Position numbers and translations under genes: made by a program | Assembly (NCBI RefSeq): GCF_963921235.1 | Contig: NC_086109.1 | Span: 24,988,001-25,052,000 of the forward strand | Origin: Mobula hypostoma | Taxonomy: Eukaryota | DNA length: 64,000 nt | Reading direction: 5' to 3' | Shown here: positions 48,073 to 61,399 of the stretch, in pieces | Numbering within the stretch: the first letter of the stretch is position 1 | Layout: the number at the start of each line of letters is the position of its first letter | The notes under the pieces: model-generated | Told to the model about the DNA's origin: nothing | The model's database searches: none | What the model saw: the letters and a program-made list of their open reading frames with translations, nothing else

Positions 48073-51000
48073 CAAGCTAATGAGTTCAGCAGTCAGTGAA
48101 GTAGAGGAAGAGCAGAAATCTGGAGCCCTATTCCTTAATGAGGACTGGAAGTCAATTGAAATTTTTAAAACTAAAACCTTAGATTTTGCTAGATGAGTGT
48201 GATACATGAATGGATCAAAGGGTGGATGGAGTTAAGGCACAGACAGATCCAAATACTACAAAAACTGAATGCCATTCAGCTTTAATGTTCTAAAGAGGGA
48301 CTGTCACTTTCAGTGAAAAGGGTTTTTAAATCTTTTCTGCCCTAATTCATAATTTTGTTTTGCCTATGTAAAGATGCATTGGATCAACTCCTGATGTGCT
48401 AGTCTCCATGCCTCCTGTACTCTTTGTGCAAGACTGCACCAAGCTGATAATAAGGAGAGGTCGTGGCATCAAACTGCATAACAATTATCACCAAACTCAG
48501 CACTGTGAGGCAAATGCAGTAAATAGGAGCAGCTTGCGAAGTCTGGGCTTTTTTACGATCAGCCAAGTTTAAGGGATAGCTTTGCAGGGCCCTTCAGGGT
48601 TATGCAATGTTGTTTTCACTGGCCAGTGACATGAGCCAGAAAATTAATAAAATCACAACAAAGATTAAAGAGATTAGAATTGATTATTTACACAAAGAGG
48701 TCCATGAGGAAATCTCTGCAACAAACTTGCGGATTCCCAATCTGGAAGTTATTTTAAAAGAGAATTAGTATGCTTATTACAAAAAATAGATTCAAGGGTA
48801 TGAGAATGAACAGGAGATTGGGATTAATATCATGGGATCTGAAAGAGTTAAGGATTCAAAGATTTCGATTAATATACCATCAAGGGGAGAATGGAATCAT
48901 ATTGGAGGGATACTATAGGAAATAAAATTGAAGTGTTAAACTGGGGTGATATCAAAGGATATGGGGAGTGTGAGGTAGATGTAATGGGAAAGATAGTGTG
49001 TTTCTGGGGGAATTAAACATAGAGGGCTGGATAGAGGGCTACGTGCTTTTTTGCTTCGTCAAGGAAGTTTTTCATGGCACCTATGCATACATGTACTTGG
49101 GAATATGACAATACATTTACCTTTGATTTTGACTGCATTCGAACAGAAGTTTTAAGTAAAGAAAATGACTGGCATGACTTTGCTTATTGTCTTGAAACTA
49201 TTTTAAATTGCTCACTGCTCCAAGATCACCCCAGAAGCAAAGATAATCTCTGGCTTCTTTAATTGAGAATAGTCCTTTCATACTTTTCTCACCAGTGTCC
49301 TCCATCTTAACCTCTAAAACTCCAAAGGGGAGAGGAACCTAGACTGTTTTTCTGACCAAGACTGAATTCGTTAGATAAGGTTACATTGTTTTCAACCACC
49401 TCTGCACAAACTACCTAAGGGTCTTCATTTTGTTTTTAGTCTTCAGGGAATTCAGTACTCTGTATATTATCAACAAACACCGGAAACATAGATATTCAAA
49501 AACATCTTAGCAATTGTCACGAAGACTGATGCTCTGGAGGAAGTTATGCCTCTATGCAAGTTGTTCCAGTATAGCCACCTAATGCAATATAAAGTTGTCT
49601 AAGCTTGCCCTCTCTGCAAAAAGGCAAGACAATCCAATTCAATAGCTATTGACTCATCAGCTCTCCTACTTGTAAACAAAGAGAAGGAAGATGTTATGTG
49701 CAATGCTATCAACCAGTAATCACTGATGATCCGCACACTGCTCAGTCTGAGTTCCATTAACTGGATTAGCTTGGGTTCCATTCAATCCCATGCAAGCACT
49801 CAAAAAAACTGAGTTCCATCGGTTAGTTGGGAGTTACCACCTTTGATTTTAGGAAATTTCAAGAAGTTCTGGTTAACTTAGGTCAATGTGAATCCGCACC
49901 AAACTCTCTTCGAACTAAAAACAGAATATGGTTGTGATTGTTAGACACAAACTATCTGAGCCCCAAGACGATGCTGCAGGAGTCCCTTAGGGGCAGTAGC
50001 CTGGGCCTATATTGTTTATTCAATGAAGCTATCAAGAGACCTAGGCATGGAATGAATGCTGATGATTGCGTTGTGTTCAGTTCCCTTTGCAGCATCTTGG
50101 GTAATGAAGTATATGCCTACAAATGGGCAAAATCTGGACTACGTTCAGATTTGGTTTGGAAAATGGAATATATTTGAGCCACACCAGTGGGAACACCAAC
50201 TACTTACTGGAAGAGAAAGGCTAACCAGCTTCTCTTAACGTTCAGCTTTATTTACATCATCAAACTGGATACTGGATGATAAGCACCTGAAACCCTTTAC
50301 GATTGTGGAACTCCAAAGGGTTAGTACTCCTCCGAAGCTCTTCCGCTTTACGCTCTTTCACGTGTCTGGTGCCGTTTAATTTTACTGCTGAGGTACTGCG
50401 CTGATCACTGTGAGTTAGCTTCATATGTAGAGAGAAAAGAACATTTTCTCTGCAGAGCATTGATTCAATAAAAAGGGCTGAAGTAAAGACATATGGATCT
50501 CAAACCTTCACAATCTCTGATGAAATAGTTGTGATTTTATTGTCCAAAATTAGCCAACTGATGCTTGTGAAGAAAATAATCAGTAGGAATGATGCAGGTA
50601 AAAGTCTGAAATTATCCTATTGAACACTCATTTGCACATGCACCAGAGAAAATAAGTAAGTTCCTATGCAACCATTATTAACTGTCAATTAGACATAGAA
50701 TTCTACTTTCAAATCCTAATGTCTGGGAGAATCCATCCAGCACCACAACAGACAGATTGCCTGGTACTGTCCATATTGCTGTTTGTAGGAGCTTCCTTTA
50801 TACAAATTTCAACTGTATTTCTCCAGAAATCTGCAAAACTCATTCTTGCTTTCAACACTTTGTGAATATCTGAGCTCCACTGTCTATTGCTTTCCAGCAG
50901 TCTCAGGTAACCTTTAGGACTATCATAATCTGAGGAACTTCATGCAAGCCAATCTTGTTCTGATTTTCAGGTCAACCAGCCCCTCTTCATGCACATTGCT

Positions 51001-51494
51001 ACTCATTCACTCCCACAGAAGACCAGCACTGAGACGCAAATGAAGATAGTTCTGAAGAACAGGGTATGGTACTCAGGATGCTTGCGATCCAGGAATATGG
51101 AAGTGAGAAATGAGGAGGCAGTTTGTATTGGCTGGAGAATCGGATGATATCAACCCTAAACAGAGGAACCTTGGAAGCCAAATCGTGGCTAAATGAAGGA
51201 TGTCATTAGTGCATTACCAAGAAATTTGGTGCATTTTCTAGCTGCATAGATTTTTCTTAATAATAATGAGTTATTTTTCTATAAGGAGTTACTTCAATGA
51301 CAGTCAATGAAGAAGGACTGAATGGTTATTCCCATCTTGGTTTGATTCATCTAATATTGTACAGAGAGCAGGAATTAAGTAGGCAAAAGTGCAAAATTGC
51401 AGTCAGTCGGATGAGTTGAAATGTAACATGGGGGCAAAATTGAAAAGGGTGATGAATACAGGACTGAAGGCATTTTCGTTGACGAGAAAAAACT

Positions 51495-52985
51495 ATGTTC
51501 CAGGTGCTGCAAGGCTGCCCAGGAACTCAGTCTTACCTGGATGAGATCATTGTTACTGGTGAGAATGACAAGAAACATCTCCAAAGTCTCATGACTTGTT
51601 TAAAAGATTACTGGCTCAGAGCACAATGCAACAGGTGTGGATTATTTAAACCAGGCATCACTTATTGTGCTCACACCATTGAAAACACAAGCATCACACA
51701 GGTGTGCTGGGAAAATTCAAGCAGTGTTGGATGCCCCAGGGCCAGAGAATGTGTTACATTTGCAGTCTTTTTTAGGATTTGTCAATCACTGTAAGAAGTT
51801 CTTACCAAACCTGCCTAATGTTTCCCATTCCTTGAATGCATTACTGGAGATCAGGAAAAAATGGCAGTAGACAAAACAGTGTGAGGTGAATTTCCAGAAG
51901 GTAAAGGAAATGGCAACTGTACTCAGATGTTATGATCCTTCTCATCCAGTGACACTTGCCTGTGATGCCTCACCTTATGGTATGGGTGCAGTCATGCATA
52001 ATGTTTCCTTTACATTGCAGAGAAAGATTCCATACATTGGCAGGAAGACCTCATGTATGCTTTGTGATGTAAAATGTTTCAACCAGTTCTTGCGTGGGAG
52101 ACAGTTTACCTTCATTGCTGATCACCAACCACTATTTGTCCATTTTCAATCCACAGAAGTGTGTCCCTCTAACAGCAGAATCACAAATGCAGGGATGGGC
52201 TCTGTTTCTTGGAGGACACTATTACAAATTCAAATTCAAGAGGACAACTAATCATGGAAATGCTGATCGTTTGCCCCATTTATCCTTGGAAAAGGAAATA
52301 CTTAGAAAATTTACAAAAGAGCACATTTCTCTTGATGTATTTGCCCTAGCAAAAATTGAAAGTCTCCATGTTACAGTAAAGATGATCCAAAGGGAAATGA
52401 GAAAATGCTTCACCCTGTCTTAGGCCTACATGGCCACTCAAAATGGCTGGAATGTGCGGCAGAAATTCCAATTCCACCATATTTACCAGCACCAGGATGA
52501 ATTTGCCCTTGATGAGGGTTGCTTTATGTGGGGATTGAGAGTTGTTGTACCATCCAAGCTGAGAGCTGAAGTATTGGAGGAGCTATGTGCTGGTCATCTA
52601 GGCATGGTCAAAATGAAAGCATTGGCTTGAAGTTTTGTCTGGTGGCCTGAGAAAATTCAGCAGATCAATCAGCTTGCCATGCGCTGTTTGGGATGCCAAC
52701 ACATCTAGAAGATACCAAGAGTAGCACCTATCAGTCCCTGGGAAAGGCCTGCAATGCCCCGGCAGAGGATTCATGTGTATTTTGCCACACCGTTCACGGG
52801 CACAAATTTCTTGATAGTAGTGGATGCAGCTACAACTGGCCAGAAGTGTTCTCAATAGCCTTCCCTATAGCCTTACATGCTGCTGACATGTTGAGAAGCC
52901 TCTTCTCAAGGACTGGTGTTTCAGAACACTTAGTCAGAGACATTAGACCACAGTTTGTTGTGGAGAATGTACAAATTCCTTGCAG
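51495..52985 (+). mobile_element. Degraded Ty3/Gypsy LTR retrotransposon pol (RT-RNaseH-integrase)
   Basis: QSYLDEIIVTG, LQSFLGFVN, VTLACDASPYGMGAV, HGNADRL, GHLGMVKMKALA*SFVWWP, FLIVVDA..WPEVF, in Gypsy domain order. Confidence 0.9.
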
Positions 52986-53049
52986 ACAGCGATGGGAATT
53001 GAACCCTGGTCAATGATCACTGGTGCTGTAAAATGATTGTACTAATATC

Positions 53050-53600
53050 GAAGTAGTGTTCATGGATTTCATGGAGCATTTAGAAAGCTGATGGTGGAGG
53101 GGAAGAAGTTATTTCTGAATCATTGAGTGTGAGTCTTCAAGCTGCTATACCTCCTCCCTAATGGTAGTAACAATAAGAAGGCATGTCCCAGATGGTGAGG
53201 ATCCTTAATAATGGATGCCACATTGTTGATGCACCACTTCTTGTTGTGCTCATAATAGAACTGGCTGAGTCTATTTCCCCCTGCAGCCCCTTGCAATTCT
53301 GTGCATTGGAGGCTCCCAACCATGTTGTCAAGCAACCAGTCAGATTGCTCATCACCATGCATTGAGAGAAATTTATAAGAGATACCAAATACTCAGACTC
53401 CTAATGAAGTAGAGTCACTGGCATACCTTTTCATCAATGTGTTGGGCCCAGGATAGATCCTCCAAGGCACTGATGCCCAAGAACTTGAAGTTGTTCACCC
53501 TTTCCAATGCTGGCTTCTTACTGAGGACTGGTGTGTGTTCTCCTAACTTCCCCTTCCTGCGTTCCACAATAAGTTCCTTGGTGAGTGTGAGATCAAGTTC
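53050..53600 (-). mobile_element. Rex1/Babar 3' fragment
   Basis: TKELIV..., ERVNNFKFLGI..EDLSW, ASIIKDPHH.GHA..LLPLGRRY. Confidence 0.8.
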
Positions 53601-55734
53601 AATCAAGTTCACTCCTGAACACCTCCTGGTCGCCATCCAGGATTCTACAAGCAGCAATGGTGTCAATGGTGAAAGAGCAACAGAAGCAGACTCCTTGGCC
53701 TGACAAGAGAGGGATTATGGAGCCCCACTATGTTAACATTTTTTTTTAAAGAACAAACAACTTTATATGATGACTTGCATTAATCTCAGTGCCGCCTGGG
53801 GCAATTTCTTGTTCTCAATGTTTTGGCATTGGAACAACGTCTGTAGATTTAAAAACAATTTATCATATATGAAGACAAGAGGGAAATTTCTGAGAAACAC
53901 AAGTGAGGTTTGTTCCTGGGATTTCTGTGCATGGGAACAAACCTTGTAATCTGTAAAATAGCTGCACACAGCCCATTGAAGAGATTATCTAAACTATAAA
54001 AACAAAACCTTTTCCATGACAGAAATGTGGAATGAAAGTCATAAATGTTGAAAATACGCAGCAGTTTGGCGGGTTCTGAGGAGGGGGAATGGAGTAAACA
54101 TAGTTATTAAAAATTGGAAACCAAACCCCTCCCCTCCACCCCGAGGAAAAGAACAGGCTGCAAACATACTCCCAAGTGTATGGTTAGCTATTTAAACATT
54201 TTGACAGTCTTTGTTTTCCTGAGAGAGTTCAAAGTTCAAAGAACATTTATTATCGAAGTGTGTATACTATATACAACCTTGAGATTTGTCTCCTTGCAGA
54301 CAGCCACACACCAAAGAAATCCATTAGAACCCATGAATAAAAAGAAGACCATCAAACACTCAAAGTGCAGGGGGAAAAAATCGTGCGAACAATAAAAGTA
54401 AGCATATAACATTCTGAACTGAAATTCACGAAGGTGAGTCCACAGCCACAAAACTAGTCATCACTGCAGCCAATTCAGGAGCCCACTGGTTACAAGCCAG
54501 TTCAGCACAGAGCCAAATAAACCTTACAGAGCAGCGAGCTGAACCAGTCTCTGAACCTGACACCCTGACCTTTTCAATCTGGCCCAGCACTTAGGTCAGC
54601 CAAGCAGCAAGTTTTTTCCTCACACTCAAACCCAGGTCCTGCCACTTCAATACGCTCTTGGGCCTGGGCTCTGCTCCTTTGATTCGGCCTATAACCGACC
54701 TTTCCAATTTGGCCCAGCACTTAAATTGGTCAAACCTTGAGTACTTCCTCGCTCTCACGCCTGGGCCTGGGCCCCACCACTCCAACACTGCCTCATCTCG
54801 GCTTGGTTCTGCTGCATCAAATCACCATACATTGGCTCAATCCCCACTCTCAGGCCCAGGCTCCGTTTCCTCAATTTGGCCTATGTACACGTCACAAACG
54901 TCCTGAACCTTCAAGACTTCAGTTCACATTGCAAAAATGCCAGGTCGTACAGGTGGTTCAAAAGCTCAACTCCAAAAGGGATGAGCAGTGATTGTATACA
55001 AGAAAAAAGTATGACTATAGTAACTATAATTGTGTCTGTTTTGTTTGCTACCAGCAAGTCCTCATTGTTCTTCACCAGTACCATCTTAATCCAGAAGAAA
55101 AGTAAACAATGCCCAGCTGATAACATGACAGTGAAGTCATCTTACAGGATGGGATGTTTCTCCCCAGAGTCATACCTTGATTCTCAAGTAAAGAGATTCC
55201 AGCTTACCAATAAGGTTTCCACTGTTTTCCTATTTATGAACTTGGTAGTTTTAAATTTCCTCGCATGCAAGTTGAAGGAAAGCTGTCAATCAATGTCGCT
55301 TGTGGACAGGGGAATGTTAAAGAAAGGAAATTTTGCACTGTTGGACTTTTCTTTGAATTGAAGCTTGTGAAGGACAAAGGCACTCACTTGATTATCATTC
55401 TTTTATAATCGCTGCAATCTGTCCACTACTGATACACCTTCACTGCAATATATTCCACAACAATGTTTAGCAAAGCCATTTTAACAGCAACTCCAAACCT
55501 ACATCCTCTGACTAACTAAGAATAGAGTTATAGAAAGAAAAAGCACAGAAACAGGCCCTTGGTCTACAGGGTTCACACCAAACATTAACCACCGTTCTCA
55601 GTGGGTGGCAATCAATGCAAGGGATCATTTGTCAGTGATGCACCGCAAGGTTTAAGACGAGCTTAAGATCTTGGGTAATTTCTGTCTTTTTTCTCGGCGG
55701 TTGGCTGTCAGCGTGAGGTTATCAAAAAGAAAGG

Positions 55735-56620
55735 AGGTGTAAGTGGAGCGGCCATTGTTGGAGTGGGACATTGTTAGAGTGATCCAACTTTGACTCAACA
55801 AACCCCTCCAACTTTCAAATCCCTTACTCGCTCTTCCTTCAGTTAGTCCTGACGAAGGGTCTCAGCCTGAAACGTCGACTGCACCTCTTCCTAGAGATGC
55901 TGCCTGGCCTGCTGCGTTCACCAGCAACTTTTATGTGTGTTGCTTGACTCAACGGGCTTCGGCGAGAACAGGCTTGGGCAAGAACATGCGCAGATTCTAA
56001 GCAAGTAAGTAAGAATGTTTCTAGTAAGTTTTTTTTTTCTGTTAGTACATAGCTACAGCAGTGTAGAATGGTTCTGGAGGTAGTGGTATGTTCCTTGTGT
56101 GAGAAATCTGGGAGACCTCCAGTCTCCCTGAAAACTACATCTGTATGAAGTGCAGGGAGCTGCAGCTTGATGACCTTCAGCTCGTACTGGAGAATGAGAA
56201 TGCAAAGAGAGGATGATGCAACCATAGCTGACAAGGGAAGTCAAGAACAGCATAAAAGCAAAAGAGAGGGCATGTAATAGAGCAGCAATTAGTGGGAAAA
56301 CAGATTATTGGAAAGCTTTTAAAACTAACAGAAGGCAACTTTAAAAAGCCTTAAAGAGAGAAAAGATGAAATATGAAGGTCAGCTAGCCAATAATATAGA
56401 AGAAGATATGAAAAGATCTTTCAGATAAATAAGGAGTAAAAGAGAGATGAGAGTGGATATCAGACCATTGGAAAAGTACACTGGAGAGGTAGTAATGAGG
56501 GACAAAAAATTGGCAGAGGAACTTAATAAGTATTTTGTGTCTGTCTTCACTGTGGATGATACTAGCAGAATGTCAGAAATGTGAGAGTGTCAAGGAGCAG
56601 AAGTGAGTGACATTGCTCTT
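55735..56620 (+). mobile_element. CR1 5' part with large deletions, carrying a nested Penelope-type insertion (55800-55943)
   Basis: CR1 5'UTR (GTGGAGCGGCCATTGT), ORF1 zinc-finger remnant (CSLCE...YICMKC), ORF2 linker (MAEELNKYF-like). Nested element has TSD TTGACTCAAC (55790-55799 and 55944-55953). Confidence 0.8.
55844..55881 (+). ncRNA. Minimal type I hammerhead ribozyme motif
   Basis: Stem I TAGTC/GACTG, core CTGACGA (55849-55855), stem II AGG...CCT, then GAAAC-GTC with palindromic minimal stem III. Predicted cleavage after C55876. Confidence 0.7.
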
Positions 56621-57574
56621 ACTCAGTTCAAAGTCTGAAGTAAATTTCTTATCAAAGAACATATATATCACCATATAAAACCCTAAGATTCATTTCCTTA
56701 CAGGCATGCTCAATAAATCCAGTAAACGTAATAGAATCAATAAAAGAACACACCAAAAGGGAGGACAACCAATGTGCAAAAGACAACAAACTGTGCAAAT
56801 ATAAAAAGAAAGAAAAAGAGGAAATAATAATAATATTAATTATAATCCCACACATAACAGATCCGACAGCGATTTAACACAATCTGATTACTTACACATT
56901 CTCAATCAAGTGACAAATATCATGTGCCACAATCTTGCTTTAAAATATAAATTCATAAAAGACACCAAACCTTACTATAAATACAAGCCTGATCCAGTTC
57001 TAGAGTCATGGTCCTACAAATTATATTACGATTGATGCATTATTACAGATAGGACAATCCATAATAACCATCCAGATATAGTATTACAGGATAAGTAAGC
57101 AAGAACAACTTACTTAATAGAATTAGCCATTTCAAATGCACACAACTTACAGGAATTAATAAGTGAAAAACACCAGAAATATGCAAATTAAAAGAGGAAA
57201 TTGAAAGACTATGGAACATGAACAGGGGATACATTGTCCCAATCATAATATCTGCAACTGATATCATCCCAAAGTCACTACATAATAGCAATTAAACAAT
57301 TAGGCCTACGTAGCAATATTTATGTAAATCTCCAGAAAGCCACAATACCAAACACCACTGGAATAGTCTGAAAGTTCCTAGAAATTGAGAAATTAGTGTG
57401 CTTGGTTGTACCTGTACCTCAGGTTTTGCCAACCTGAGCTGAGAAAAAATATAACAATAAATAAGCAATAAATATAGAGACCATGAGATGAAGGGTCCTC
57501 GAAAGTGAATTCATAGGTTGTCTGAAAAAGTAGACTGCATAGCTTGAATATATCCGTGCAAGGATTCATAGCAT

Positions 57575-59215
57575 GCACAAGCTGTGTTCAAGTCTTGCCC
57601 AGAAGATTGCAAAGAAGCACTGGTTATTTGAAAACACTGTAATACTTGATCCCACAATATGACCATTATTCCTGTTTCCAACTTCATCATGGTTGAAAGT
57701 AGTCCATGAGCCTGTTGTCAACATTCTGCCTTCTGATCATAGTTATTTGAAATGTCATCCAAGACTGGTTTTATTGCAGAAAAGCTGTGTAAAAGTGCTT
57801 TTGTTGCATCTGCACGAGCTGGCCACCTGGTATCTGACATTCTTTTCACAATGGGCAAATGAGCACCACCATCAGATAATGCAGCAGAAAGGAGATCCCA
57901 CCAATAAGTAGAAGCAGAAAAAAATGTGTACAGGCTTCCTACAAATTGAAAGAAAATTAATGCTTCTTGACAACATTCAGCATCACATTTTCCAACCAAA
58001 TTTAGTGAATGTACAAAACATGGAATGTAATCCACAAACTCATTCAGCTCTTTAATTTGTGCTTGTAAGCCACTATACTTGCCACTCATGTTGCTGGCAT
58101 TGTCATAACTTTGACAACGGCAGTCTTTTATATCAATGTCACTTTCCTTTAAAAAGTCAAGTAAACTTCGAGCAAGCTGCTCAGCACTATGATTTTCCAT
58201 ATCCAAAAACTTCACAAATTTTTCAACTGGTCCAGACGGCAAAACATAGCACACAGTCAAAGTCAGCTGGTCCACATTAGATATATCTGGAGTGGAATCC
58301 AATGAAACAGAATAATACTTGTATTTCTTCACTTCACCGATAATGTGATCCAGTATGCTGGATCCAATCAGATTGATGAATTCCTCACATGTTGTTTTAG
58401 ATAGGCATGATTTATGTCCCCTTCCTTTATTTGCATGAGCATTTATACCACGACACAGTAAGGAACCAACACATGCTTGCACACACATACTGTACCATAC
58501 AGCATGCAGCTCCCCTGACATGAAAACAACAGCGTTGCCAGATCATCGTCGTTGTGGCGTGGATGAAATCACAGAGTGTTGCATTAGCAGTAGGTACAAG
58601 GCAGTTTCTTTATTTGACTAAACAAAGTTACAGCAGGCAGAGACCCCTGGCAGAACAGGTCTAACCGCCTTGCGATTGAGACTCAATATTTATTTGCTGA
58701 ACACAAAGGACAGTTACAAGTATAGACAATTCTTTGAAGTTTTCACATCTTCTGATTAAATTCATTCTACCAGTTGGCATTCATGGCCTTTAGGGATGCA
58801 AGTTAAAATCCATAATACATTATTTGGTATGTTACGTGCTAACATAGAGGACAATTCATATTCAAAAAGCATAGATATGGTGTCTTCTTAATGAACTGTA
58901 AACTTAGCATTCTTGTCTCAGAGGCACCAGAGATGCATTGTTACAAATGAAACTAGGTTCACAGCTTTTAGGAAATACATTGTTATGAACTCAATCCACA
59001 GTACTTTGTCAAAGAACAGAAGACTGATGGCTGACGGCATTTATTTAAATGTAAATGAATCATCTACCCAAAACTCACTCTTAACAGTCGTGAGAATACG
59101 GTGAGATGCCGATTTCACCAGACTGCTGCTTGCAAGCATTTAGTGCAGGCGGGGCCCTCGAAAATGTGGGGTCTGTAGCATAAGCTACGTTTGCTACTAG
59201 GTTAATCCAGCCCTG
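57575..59215 (-). mobile_element. hAT-superfamily DNA transposon remnant
   Basis: 267-aa ORF (57718-58521) with YYSVSLDSTPDIS, CQSYDNASNMSG, YIPCFVHSLNLV, SDTRW. 5' terminus CAGGGCTGGATTAACC on the minus strand at 59215. An unrelated, possibly LTR-like insert at ~58550-59000. Second TIR not found. Confidence 0.85.
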
Positions 59216-61399
59216 GCTTCATCCCACAAAGGATTCCAATCTCCCACATAAAGATCCACCGAATCAGGAATAGGATTCCCACTGAGTCCCAAATCCTGGA
59301 GCTCCCACACCTGCATGTTCTGGATTCTTCTCAACCACACAGAATCCAAGCTGTCAATCAACCTGACTTCCAGACAGGGAGAACAGGATGCACAGTGGAG
59401 GTAAAACTCCACACTGCCATGGTCAAAACGATGCCCATTGCCTCCTACACAAGCTTCACCTTTTATGTCTAGGGTAATGTTTAAATTCCACTGTCGTCAC
59501 CCCTTCACCATAGACCTTGTCTGGATTGCATTTGTTATCAGAAACAAATGAAATTGATGTTCTGTAGAAAACTGTTATTACATATCCTTCATAAATAATA
59601 AAACAGAATAGCAATAAATTACATTTCTCTGAAGCTCTTGCTGTGGATTAGGGTCCTTATATTATCTACACCAGTTTTTTAAAAGCTGAAATTTCATTGG
59701 ATACACCATTCGATACCAGTGAGAACTTAATCCCAATAAGGTCCCCTCATGTTCTAGTGATTATGAGTTGTCTGTTTTGACAAGAAGGAAATAGTTAATT
59801 ATGTGGTACAGATATGCCAACGGTTGTGAATTCCGAAGAAAATTAGGCCCTTGAGGGCATATTAAGATGCAACTGAAGTGTTGATTTAAAAAAGAAATAC
59901 CTTAAATGACTCAGGTAGCATCTGTGGAGGGAAACTGATGATTGACATTTCAGCTGGAGATCTGTTTGTGACGGAAATACGGCCACTTGATTCGTGATGA
60001 ATTTATCACATCTCAAAAATAACTATTTCAAATTTTAGAAAATGTCAGCTGTTTGCCTGGTTTCTGAAGCTACTTCAAGGAATGATTTGCTCTCCTCTCT
60101 TCACACAGGAGAATGTGTACACCAAGCATTGAATTCTTGGCAGCATTTCCAGCACCTCTACCAGTAAGCCTCAGGCTGAGATACAGTATATGTAGGACAT
60201 TAAATACACAAGTCATATTATTCCCAGTACTTTACAGTAGCATGCTATCTTTTATCACTTATATACAACCATTGACCAAATGATTCTCAGTTTGCATGAA
60301 TGAGTGTGTCATGGTCAGAGGCCCTAAGCATATGGTATTTCTCTTCAGCATCTGCATCCAGTCTTAATGTATTCCCCTGTACATTGTCCGGGACCTTACA
60401 CTTTGCCAGTTTGTAATATGATTGGAAAAACTGGGGGATGATCTTCACAACACTGGCATTTGTCTCAGTGTTTGGAAACAGCATGTGGGTCATGAAGTTC
60501 TGTTCAGCATCAACTTTAACAAATATCTTTGCACTTCTTCCCAGATCTTTCTGTCAAAGGGACTTTCTAGAAAACATTGGCAATGGTCTCATTTCCAGTA
60601 TAGGACAATATGCAGTATCGCCAATATTCTAAACATTTTAAAGATTTAACAAGGAAGACCTTCCTCAACACCAACCAGGCAAACTCTTGGTTCTTACGTA
60701 GATGCTATGGTAATAAACCAGTCTGCTAAATGAGTTGGACAGCCAGATTGAGAACCCCACCAGTGGATCCACTCTCTCCTTTACCTGCAGGACTTTGATG
60801 ACATTTTGTGCAGACCCCTGCTTAACTGATTTGTAAACAAAGATGTTCTTCTGAATAAAGTCTGTGAGGGACAGGTACTGTGGAACAGTCCAGAAAAAGC
60901 ACACTCAGAGAAAGCCACGCCTGAAAATGAGAACGAGGGCCACACAGGAAATATTTCCCCCTTTTTTTACTGGAGCATTGTACATCAGAGTTCTACCAAC
61001 TTGGTCTATTTTGATCTCCAGAGGAAGTGAAAAAGAGGTTAGAGGAGTGCTCTAGCAATGGTATAAGTTTGGCCCATTCCTGCCCCAATTATAGCAACAC
61101 CAAGAACACTTTGCGCCCGATAGACACGTTTCTTCTTCTGATCCAGTGCAACCACTGTCACCAATATACAGTATCAGTTTTCTCTTCATATTATCTATAT
61201 GCACCACTCTGCTTTCTAGTTGATGCTCTGCTCAGAACCATATTCACAGTAGATAATCGGTCTTGATAAGAATGGCATCAAAAGAATGTTCAAGACAGCT
61301 GTCAAAGAGCACAGTATGTTTGTTGCAGCTCACTTCAGCTCCTGAAGCCAACTTGATCTGGCCGTGAATGAGCATTATTAATTTCCTGAAGCCTCAACA

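Noticed and set aside
57718..58521. Domesticated ZMYM1/ZNF862-like host gene
   Set aside because: The ORF is truncated and interrupted, with a transposon terminus nearby. A hAT fossil explains it better.
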